64,000 nt of DNA from an uncultured Acidobacteriota bacterium (GTDB lineage: Bacteria > Acidobacteriota > Terriglobia > UBA7540). Location of the stretch: positions 64,001 through 128,000 of the forward strand of contig CAWDSK010000004.1 of assembly GCA_963804995.1 (NCBI GenBank), in the 5' to 3' direction. Numbering within the stretch: the stretch's first letter is position 1; every line of letters starts with the position of its first letter. This document shows positions 1-8,245 of this stretch, one piece after another. A model generated the notes under the pieces. It was not told the DNA's origin. It did no database searches and saw only the letters and a program-made list of their open reading frames with translations. The translations under genes and the position numbers were made by a program.

Positions 1-1250
1 GGACAAATGATAAGCTTCATGCCGTTATCGACGAAAGGCTTTAGCCACGCATCGTAATGGGGATGGGACCCATACTCCCAGGTTGCCACCAGCATGTCCT
101 TGGGCAACTGTTTGAGCAGTTCGGGATGTTTCAAGGCGATGTCGCCCCAGAAGATCACCTGCTTGTTGTGGGCGCGCACGATGTCGTGGACCCTCAGCAG
201 GTTGTCAATGTAGAGCTGGCCGGGAGCCTCTTTCTTCGCCAGCGTGGCACTCCTGCCCTGCCCTAACTCCTCCGTCTCGTCGCACCCGACGTTATAGAGT
301 GGTGAAGTGAACACGGGGGCCATCTGCGCGTAGAGGTTTTCGAGGAAGCTGTAGATCTGCGGCTCGGCGGGCGAAAGCAGGTCGCTGTGCGGGAACTCCG
401 CCAGGGGCGCGAACAGCTCAAAGCGCAGGAGCTTGTGGACGTGTCCACACGAGTTGTGCGCGGGAACGATTTCCACGTGGTAGCGCGCGGCGTAAGCCAC
501 CAACTCCTCCCAGTCCTGCCGCGCGGGCAGGTCCGTGAGGACGCCCATGATCGGCTGGCCACTGAAGGGGAATGAATCCTCCATGTAGAAGTAAAGCTGG
601 TTCAGCTTGAACTCGGAAATGGTGCGGACAATGCGCTTCAGATAGTCCTGCGTGGGGACAGGCCCACGCGCCATATCCACCTGAGTCCCGCGGTAGATCA
701 GGGCCGGCCAGTCGCGCACGCGTGCCCCAAGGATGACAGCTTCCGCGCCCTCACCGGCCACGAGTTGGCGAAGCGTTTGGACGCCGTTGAAGAGTCCGTC
801 GCTGTCTTTGCCGGCAACCAGGATTTGGCCAGGAGCCACGTCCAGCACGTACCCTTGATCGCCGATGCCGCTGGTCGAGATGCCACGTTCACTCAGGAGC
901 TTGGCCATCGCTCCCTGCGTGAGGCTGCCCAAAAGAATCGCCGGGCCGCTCGGAACCTGCACGGGCGAGGAGATGGAGAACTCGTGCTGAGTGACCTGCG
1001 CAAGTTCTTCCGCAAGACTTTCCGCCGCGGAGCGGTCGCGCTCGGCAAAATCGGGAAGCAACACGATTTGCAGGTCGCTCGTCACCGGGAAGTTCGCGGC
1101 CTTCGTCTGCACCTCCCGGGGCTGCGGAATGAGCATGGGCCGCTGCGCGTGTGCCCCACTGGGCATGAGGAACAGCAGGGCGACAAATTCCACGAGCGGC
1201 GCGAACTGGAGCCGGAGCCGTCCCATCCGCGGCGCCAAGAATCTCTTCAT
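1..1250 (-). CDS. GH20 beta-N-acetylhexosaminidase-like protein, 5' part (runs off the window edge)
   Basis: Manual minus-strand translation from ATG at 1250 (absent from the ORF track): LIPQPREV, VRDWPALIYRGTQVDMARG, EIVPAHNSCGH, YNVGCDETEELG (GH20 DE pair), KQVIFWGD. Confidence 0.85.
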   Translation of the reverse strand, partial: MKRFLAPRMGRLRLQFAPLVEFVALLFLMPSGAHAQRPMLIPQPREVQTKAANFPVTSDLQIVLLPDFAERDRSAAESLAEELAQVTQHEFSISSPVQVPSGPAILLGSLTQGAMAKLLSERGISTSGIGDQGYVLDVAPGQILVAGKDSDGLFNGVQTLRQLVAGEGAEAVILGARVRDWPALIYRGTQVDMARGPVPTQDYLKRIVRTISEFKLNQLYFYMEDSFPFSGQPIMGVLTDLPARQDWEELVAYAARYHVEIVPAHNSCGHVHKLLRFELFAPLAEFPHSDLLSPAEPQIYSFLENLYAQMAPVFTSPLYNVGCDETEELGQGRSATLAKKEAPGQLYIDNLLRVHDIVRAHNKQVIFWGDIALKHPELLKQLPKDMLVATWEYGSHPHYDAWLKPFVDNGMKLIIC

Positions 1251-1388
1251 GGTTTTCCCCTTTTGAAATCGATACATTAACAAGAATTTCCAGATTAGCT
1301 TCCAACCGCCCCACACTGTACACTCCTCAGGGATTCCAGCGCACTATTTTTCTCTGTGTGAACAGGTCGCCTGATTCTCTTCTGGAAC

Positions 1389-1810
1389 TCAAGAGCTTTT
1401 GTCGACTTTGATCTGGAGTGTGTACCCGCCGTTCTGATCCCTTATGGTGCTTACGGCAAATCTCTGCGAGACCTGGTACTCGATCTGAACGATCTGCCCC
1501 GTGCTCGTCGTGAGGTCAGTCGAAAGAACAAAAAACAGATTCTTGGTGACGCGCTGCTGCACCGCCAACCGCCCTCCGCCGTTGCCCTGAGCTCCCCCAA
1601 CTTGTGGATCGATGGTCAGCGAGGTAATGATTGCAAGTTTTTCCACTCGGCTGCTGAACTGGTTGGTCCATTGCCCGGTGATTACCGAATCGGGCGATGT
1701 GCTGCCGGTGGAAGCGGCCTCCGTCGTCTGGGAGAAGAGACCGGTGTCGGAGAAGGGACCACAAGGGGGAGGCCAGTAAGAACCCGGTAAAAACGCTAAC
1801 CATGCGCGAT
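1389..1810 (-). CDS. TamB C-terminal-like small protein (3' exon downstream of the group II intron, or a gene remnant)
   Basis: Frame is open from the intron 3' end: ..SSRVEKLAIITSLTIDPQVGG..RLAVQQRVTKNLFFVLSTDL..QIVQIEYQVS..RDQNGGY, resembling the TamB/DUF490 C-terminus. Confidence 0.6.
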
Positions 1811-2580
1811 GTCGGGTCGGAGGAGGCGCGCTTGCGCGCTAGCCTCCGTCCGCCGCTCAAACTGCACGGACGGTTTTCCCGTATGCAGCTTTCACGAAGA
1901 CATCTCCGGCGGAGACGCGAGCCAAGGGCTACGACTGAGTGGACCCTTCGTCACGCCCCTCAGGTTGATCCGGGCCGCCAGTATCCTCGGACGGTGATGT
2001 ACGGGTTTTTCGCTAAGCGAACTGATCCACCTCATCGCCCTTACTCATCTGGCTGCCCTTCCCGTCCCTCCTGCCTTCGCCCGCCGCCTTCCCCGACCCA
2101 CTCCGGTCGCCGATCACTCGGTCACGCGGTTTTAGCCGCGCTTCAGGTACTACACAGCGGTCCGTCTACTGGCAGAGCATCACTCGCCACTTCGCTTCCG
2201 CTTATAGGTCTGCTTACTCCGGCGCCACCCGGAGACCCTGCCAGTCCTCCTGAGGTCACGCGCTGTTCTTCTGTACCGTGCCATCCGCAAACACCTTGGT
2301 GCGGTGGGTGAATGAGAACGCCTTCGCCTCCATAGTGCAGGCTCGACCTTGCCCCACCTTTGGCCGACCGGTTCATCATCGGGGCAGCCCCCATTGATTA
2401 CGGCCCGGTACTTCTCCTCATGCCCTTCGGATTCCACCTCGCGATGGACACCCTGCCCTCCGGAGTCCTACCAACTGCTCTCCGGCCAGCGAGGCATTAC
2501 CCCCGCTTTCGGATATGACGCCCCTCATCCGAGCGCCAGAGGGACTTTAACCCTCCTGAACAGCGTGCTGCTCAGCACAC
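1811..2580 (-). ncRNA. Group II intron without an intron-encoded ORF (770 nt)
   Basis: 5' GTGTG at 2580; domain V AGCTGCATACGGGAAAACCGTCCGTGCAGTT (about 1860-1890) with the AGC triad; domain VI ends CCGACCCGAC with A at -7 and terminal AC; no RT ORF. Confidence 0.85.
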
Positions 2581-2704
2581 ACCTTATGACCTTTTCTGAC
2601 CCTAAGACATTTTGTCGTGTAAATTTTGCTTCGACACCCATGCTCACATTGTGAAAACAGCGGCCGGCCTGGTTGGGGGGACTGAATCCCTTCCATCACG
2701 TTCC

Positions 2705-3625
2705 TTACCTTGTAAGATCATAAGCGGGTTTTGATCTGAAGGGCTGGATTCCTACCACACCCAATTTCCGGGGAGCATCGGGATGTCCATCCTGGCGAGC
2801 AACCAGCGGGATCCGCCTTCCATCACGTAAAAGTCCAATGTTTCCAAGGGGACGTTGAAGGCGGTTGGACTGTCGAATCCAGGGAATCTTGCCGTGGAGG
2901 TGCGGCGGAGTCTCGCGTACCACGGGAGTCTTGCCTGTGGATTGCGACCAGGAAATCCGGTGCGGCGGCGGATGGCCGAATTCCTGTAGCGTGGGTGTCC
3001 ACACCCGCGCACGCCGCTTGCAGGGAGTCCACCAGCGTAGCGCGTACCCCCCGCCGTCGGGGTCCGCGTACTGGTTTTCCTGAAAGAGTTCCGCCCCCCG
3101 CGCCGCGTGTTGCTGCACCTCGGCCTGCCGCGCCTGCGCCGCCGGATCCACGGTCGAAGGCTTCGTCACCGTGGCGCGCTTCAACGCTTCGATTAATTCA
3201 TCTTCGCCTCCGCCCAGACGCACTTCGTCCAGATACTCTTGTTGGGGCTCGAAGTCGATACCACGCTCTTCCACCAGCATTGCCATGCGGTGGCTGGGTA
3301 CCTGGCCGGCAAGCAAGACGAAAATCTGAACCTGGTTAAGCGGCTTCTTCGCGCTCCCCGGCCCGGGCTGCTGGGCCGCACGTAGAGCGTTCAGAAATAC
3401 CTCACTCGCGCCTGCGGCCTTGAGGCCTTGGAGAAAATCCTCCACCGGCGCAAAATCAATTCCACGCTGCTCGATCAGCTTTGCCCCCGACTCGTCTCCC
3501 AGCCCGTCCCGCACCATCCCTTGCACCTGGTCCCGCGTAAAGGGCTTCTGTTCGGCCCCGGCCGGTAGGGCAAACGTCAGCCCCGTCGCCAGGATAAGGA
3601 AAGTCAGCGATTTGGAGAATCTCAT
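2705..3625 (-). pseudogene. Truncated secreted protein with two repeated N-terminal domains and the start of a TPR, running into REP-like sequence
   Basis: Signal peptide, two copies of ..EQRGIDF/EERGIDF.., then HAARGAELFQENQYA; after about 3065 the frame reads through a GTAG-type palindrome and no longer looks protein-like. Confidence 0.55.
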
Positions 3626-3875
3626 TCCGACCCCACGCCGCAACCCTGGATTGAAGTGAATCTATGGAACAGATTGTAGCGCAAAAAGGCAAGCGAAGCG
3701 TGGTGCCCAGCGCAGAGTCTCACGCTCTCCGAGACTCTGCGGCTCTTCTTCAGATACGCCACGCCCGCCGGCCACGGGTACATAGGGCATTACACATTTT
3801 AAGAAACATTGTGTTAGGATAAGTCAACTGATTTCAGGGCAATGTTTATCGCGACCAGGCTCCGAGGAGACTCTT

Positions 3876-5042
3876 GTGTCCAACGCAACGCTCTCGAAGC
3901 TCGTGGTGCTTACTGCGGCAGTGGCGCTTGCCGGCGCCTGTGGCGGCAACAGTGGTGGTACGAGCTCAACCACACCACCCCCGTCAAACCCGTCGCTGAC
4001 CCCGGCGGCCTCAGACCAGACCGAGGTAGCGGCAATTATCTCAGCGGCCTTCATCGCGGGGTTGCAGCAAGTCATACCCGCCTTCCTGCCGTCCGGTCCG
4101 TCGTCCCCCACCGGTGCGCGTATGAATACGCATCTTTTCCAGCAAGCCGAGACCTTAGCGGACCCCGCTCAGACGGGCAGCGTTGAGATAACGTACGGAC
4201 TAGTTTCGCTCCCCACGTCGACGATCACCGAGACGATTCCACTCACGGGTTCGGGAGTCGTTCAACTAGGGCAAATCGGCTCCTGCACCTTTAGCGAGAG
4301 TGGAAATGTGGTCATAACCTGGACGCCGGGGGTCGGGGGGACGGCGACCGCGACCGAGAACTTGCAAACGACCCTTCTTAACTGCCCAGCGCCCAGTTCT
4401 GGTCCGTCTGTCATGTTACCGCAGACCTACTTTCAGAGCTGGGGCATTCCCGTCACCGGGCTCAAGATGACGTGCAGCCTGGCAATAGCAGGCGACGGCG
4501 CGGTCCAGCCTGATCAAGTGTGCACCCTTTCAGGCTCGATCACTTTCTACAACCCAAATCCCTGTGCTAGTAATGATCCTTCTGAACCTCTCTGTAGTTT
4601 CTATGCCACGGAACTGGTCTCCCTCACTTACACGTATTCGGACTTCCCGAGCCAGCCGCCAACCGTGTCGGGCCAGATGGGAACCTCGGTGAATGGCACC
4701 TTGCCGAGTGTGGCGGTGCCCACGGCCATGTTCACCAGTCCGCCCTCCCCGCTGACCATATTCCTGTCTCCGCCGATGGATGTTCAGTCGTGCGTGCCCG
4801 GGAGCGCGAGCGGCGAGTCCATTAATTTGGAGAACGTACAGCCCGATTCGAGTGGGAATATTAACAGTACGTGGTACGTCCAGAACGGCGCGATGACCCC
4901 GATCATACAGGTTACGGGAAACGTGACCCCCAGCGCATTCTCTGTAAACCTCTCCTGTCTGAACGGTGGTGGCAGCGGATCGATCTCGGCGACCGGGAAT
5001 AATTACAATTTCAACGGGACCTATACGCTGAACACACCGTAA
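3876..5042 (+). CDS. Ser/Thr/Pro-rich lipoprotein of unknown function
   Basis: 388 aa; lipobox LAGAC after a hydrophobic segment; GAGGAG RBS; several Cys; beta-rich composition. Confidence 0.75.
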   Translation: MSNATLSKLVVLTAAVALAGACGGNSGGTSSTTPPPSNPSLTPAASDQTEVAAIISAAFIAGLQQVIPAFLPSGPSSPTGARMNTHLFQQAETLADPAQTGSVEITYGLVSLPTSTITETIPLTGSGVVQLGQIGSCTFSESGNVVITWTPGVGGTATATENLQTTLLNCPAPSSGPSVMLPQTYFQSWGIPVTGLKMTCSLAIAGDGAVQPDQVCTLSGSITFYNPNPCASNDPSEPLCSFYATELVSLTYTYSDFPSQPPTVSGQMGTSVNGTLPSVAVPTAMFTSPPSPLTIFLSPPMDVQSCVPGSASGESINLENVQPDSSGNINSTWYVQNGAMTPIIQVTGNVTPSAFSVNLSCLNGGGSGSISATGNNYNFNGTYTLNTP

Positions 5043-5221
5043 TCGAAGCAAGCAGAGTCTCGTGCGTTAAGAAACCGGGCGCCTTTTCGTTAGTCAGGTG
5101 CGACTGCCGATCACCGCTTGATGGCCTCTTCTGTTCCCTGTTCCCTATTCCCCGCACTTCCGTTCCCTGTTCCCTGCCCCTCGTCTTCAGATACGTCCTG
5201 CACGCCGGTATGATGACTTTC

Positions 5222-5503
5222 CTATCTTTCATCTGGATGGCTGTGACGCCATTCCCAGTATCGATCCTGGTCCCTCCGGTGTGCCCTCACGTACTCGTAA
5301 TGACGCCTGTGGTTGGTCGTAAGATACACTCCCCAGGCATGGTTCTCGCGGTCATCCCAGTTATGGTAGTCCCTGTGCCTCCTATCGTAGACTCGGACCG
5401 TAACAGCCTCGCCTGCGGGGCTGGGAACAGCCATAATTGACATCGGTCCCGCCAGGACGGCGGTCAGGAGCAGTGAAGCAAAGTAACGATGCGTGTGGTG
5501 CAT
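5222..5503 (-). CDS. Small secreted His/Arg/Trp/Tyr-rich hypothetical protein
   Basis: GGGAGG RBS, signal peptide, VRVYDRRHRDYHNWDDRE..YWEWRHSHPD. Confidence 0.75.
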   Translation of the reverse strand: MHHTHRYFASLLLTAVLAGPMSIMAVPSPAGEAVTVRVYDRRHRDYHNWDDRENHAWGVYLTTNHRRHYEYVRAHRRDQDRYWEWRHSHPDER

Positions 5504-5960
5504 GTTGTAGTCCTCCCAAGTCGAGATTTTGCGGCTTCGGAATCGCACCAGCCACGATCATGCCTCGAGGTGCTGGTTGATTCGTCGTGCCTATCCTTTG
5601 TATCCCAGGGCGAAGGGCTTGTCTGGTCAGAAGAGCCCACCGATTAGGTCAATACCGCTCACGCGAGTTCGCGCGTGGCGCCCCGACCAGTCAGGGCGAT
5701 TCACGCCTCTGACCACGCCCGCCGATGTTCCGATCCCGCCAGATTGAACCCCAAGGGGGCTATGTACGACAGCCCAGGCCGAAGGCCCGCCGATCTTAAT
5801 GGTGGGCCAACGGCCTGGGTCAAACAGGCCAAACCATTCAATCTATTAGCCTTGGAAGGGCGAACCACTCAACCGCCCCCTCAGGCCTGAGGTCCAAAAC
5901 GAGCCGATCTTCTTAACTTTCGGCCTGTAGTTTTCTATGCGCGGCCTAAGACCCTTTGCT

Positions 5961-6020
5961 CTCTGCCTTCAGCCTTCAGCCTTTAGCCTTCTACCTTCCG
6001 CTTTCTGCCTTCTGCTTCCC
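5961..6020. repeat. Heptamer tandem repeat, (CTGCCTT)n-like
   Basis: ctctgccttcagccttcagcctttagccttctaccttccgctttctgccttctgctt; related arrays at about 5131, 12955, 14010, 14400, 18278, 43942, 62430 and 62548. Confidence 0.8.
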
Positions 6021-6114
6021 GTTGGCTGATGCCTAGTTTTTTCTTTCTTTACGTCGAAATATATATCGAATTATAACGTAACTGTAACATTAAGATACCA
6101 ACTGAAAAAAGGTG

Positions 6115-6143
6115 TTGACAAGCGCATTGGCTGCATGTTTAAT
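6115..6143 (+). promoter_or_regulatory. Sigma70-type promoter of the GH19 operon
   Basis: TTGACA (6115-6120), 17-nt spacer, TTTAAT (6138-6143), AT-rich upstream region. Confidence 0.6.
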
Positions 6144-6379
6144 AGCCGTGCTCAGGCACGTTTTGGTCGCCACCACAACTAATTGCGTTACCGAGTAGAA
6201 ACGCCCTGCGCCTATTTCACTAGGGCGAGACCCCCGGGTTACTTTCACGACAAACTACTGTTCCAGCCCAGGCCGTTTGATTCGCTGGGGAAGATGACAT
6301 GCGACCTCTAGGCACAGCCGAAATCGACTAAGGAATGCTGGCTTGAGCCCTCCGCAGTCCGATGGAGTGGAGAGCAAGA

Positions 6380-7186
6380 ATGGTGTCGCTCCAAATAGGA
6401 TCATCGGGTCCGATTGTCACTGACCTACAGCGACGGCTGCAGCAGCGGGGCTTCTACACGGGGGTAATCGACGGGCAGTTTAGCGCCGGGACGAATGCGG
6501 CCGTCCGGGCATTTCAAAAGAGCGTCGGCTTGAGCGCCGACGGGCAGGCGGGTTTCAATACGATTGCCGCATTGACCATGCCCTCCGTGAGCTCGAATGT
6601 CACGCTGGACATCGTTGCGCCAATGTTTCCTGCCACGCCGCGAGTGAACATTCAGTTTCACCTCCCCTTTGTATTAAGCGCCCTGCTCAAAGCCACGCTG
6701 GCAGACAAGAGCATGGTGCTGATGGCGCTCGCAACGATTCGGGCTGAGACCGCGAGCTTTTGGCCCGTCGATGAGGGCATTTCTCAAGGCAACACGACTC
6801 CAGGCGGGTCCCACCCGTTTGACAAATACGATTACATTAAGGACCTCGGCAACCAGGGGCCGCCCGACGGAGCGAATTTCAAGGGGCGCGCGTTCGTTCA
6901 GCTCACTGGCCGCAACAACTACACGCGGTTCTCTAAGCTCATCGGCATGGGCGACACGCTGGTTCAAAACCCTGATCTGGCTAACGACCCCGACATCGCC
7001 GCCAGACTCCTGGCCGCATTCCTCGGCGCCGAGGCCAACCAGATTCGGCAGGCTTTGCAAATCCCTGATTTGACCAAGGCCCGGAAATTGGTTAACGGCG
7101 GAACCAACGGCTTGCCGGAATTTACGGATGCATATCAACGCGGCCAGGGCCTGATCCCTGACCCTGTGCAGGTGCAGTTGGCTTAA
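6380..7186 (+). CDS. Peptidoglycan-binding domain fused to a GH19 (chitinase/lysozyme-like) hydrolase
   Basis: N-terminal LQIGSSGPIVTDLQRRL..DGQF..T..AVRAFQ..GL.ADG (PG_binding_1); ATIRAET, FKGRAFVQLTGRNNY, RKLVNGGTNGL (GH19); no signal peptide. Confidence 0.88.
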   Translation: MVSLQIGSSGPIVTDLQRRLQQRGFYTGVIDGQFSAGTNAAVRAFQKSVGLSADGQAGFNTIAALTMPSVSSNVTLDIVAPMFPATPRVNIQFHLPFVLSALLKATLADKSMVLMALATIRAETASFWPVDEGISQGNTTPGGSHPFDKYDYIKDLGNQGPPDGANFKGRAFVQLTGRNNYTRFSKLIGMGDTLVQNPDLANDPDIAARLLAAFLGAEANQIRQALQIPDLTKARKLVNGGTNGLPEFTDAYQRGQGLIPDPVQVQLA

Positions 7187-7222
7187 GAAGCATCGAGTTT
7201 CCAGAGTGAGAAGGAGGGAAGT

Positions 7223-8041
7223 ATGGCCACATTTCAGACTCTACTTTCACTTGTGCTGCTTATCTTTGTTCTGAGTGTTGTTGTCCAGGCTGTTCAGGAG
7301 TGGGTTAAAGCGGTGCTCGATACCAAGGTAACGGTCATGACCGAGGCGATTGAAAAGTTTATGGGTGATCACCTGACGTTGGCGCAGGTTCAGCAAGCAT
7401 TGCATGTGCGTGGGCTGAATTTAGCGGCCCTGGAAAACTTCAATAAGCAAGACTTTCGCCAACTCCTCGACGGGATTACATTCCAGGATGCGCAGTTGCA
7501 AGGAATCATCGCTCATGCCGGAGCTCAAGCCGCAGCTACCGTCGATCAGGTGAGAGACAATATCGCGGCTTCATACGAAGCTCTGCGCACTCAATTTCAG
7601 CAAGAATACACTCGAAAGAACAAGATCATCGTCGCCGTGCTCAGCTTTTTTGTGGTCATTGTTTTGAACGCGAACGTTCTGATCCTCTACGAGCAGATTT
7701 CGGCGGATCAAGCCACACAACAGGCGATCGTCGGCAAGGCTGGTGCGCTCACTGCCGACCAAACTGCAAAGCCCGGAGATGCTCAGGCCGCGCCGGCGGA
7801 TATTGGAGCCGTATATTCCCACAGCCGGGACCAGATTAACTCGGCACTCAAGAGCTATCCCATCTTGATCAGAACGTCAAAGTTTTCTGAGGACTTCACG
7901 AATCACCCAATCGGTGAGATCGCCGGATTGCTGCTCATGGGCGTTCTCGTCTCCTTGGGAGCTCCATTCTGGAACGATGCTTTGAAAGGGATGATGGGCA
8001 TCAACAATTCATTAAACTCGAACAGTAGGACGGCAACCTAG
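7223..8041 (+). CDS. Uncharacterised membrane protein (about 3 TM) with C-terminal SLGAPFW motif
   Basis: 272 aa; AAGGAGG RBS; three hydrophobic segments; GLLLMGVLVSLGAPFWNDAL. Confidence 0.85.
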   Translation: MATFQTLLSLVLLIFVLSVVVQAVQEWVKAVLDTKVTVMTEAIEKFMGDHLTLAQVQQALHVRGLNLAALENFNKQDFRQLLDGITFQDAQLQGIIAHAGAQAAATVDQVRDNIAASYEALRTQFQQEYTRKNKIIVAVLSFFVVIVLNANVLILYEQISADQATQQAIVGKAGALTADQTAKPGDAQAAPADIGAVYSHSRDQINSALKSYPILIRTSKFSEDFTNHPIGEIAGLLLMGVLVSLGAPFWNDALKGMMGINNSLNSNSRTAT

Positions 8042-8245
8042 CAGTTTAAGGAGAGTGAACTCCCCCGCAACCCGATTCTATCTGAACGCTGATGCTGATG
8101 GGCGGATGGAAGGGCGGGACTCTGCTAGCCGTGACCAGGTTGTGGTTTCAGAATGGTAGCGAGAAGCAACTTGGGGCTGGTTGTGTACAGTCCAGAGAGC
8201 AAGGTCAGAGTAGACCAATCCTTATTGAATCGGGAGGCTTAAGCA

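Noticed and set aside
1697..2654. ORFs overlapping the intron (204, 101, 85 and 83 aa)
   Set aside because: No RT motifs; spurious frames across structured RNA
6144..6379. Known riboswitch such as c-di-GMP
   Set aside because: No consensus motif recognised; kept only as a low-interest leader
6380..8041. Prophage lysis cassette
   Set aside because: No phage structural, integrase, spanin or replication genes nearby; the membrane protein is larger than typical holins
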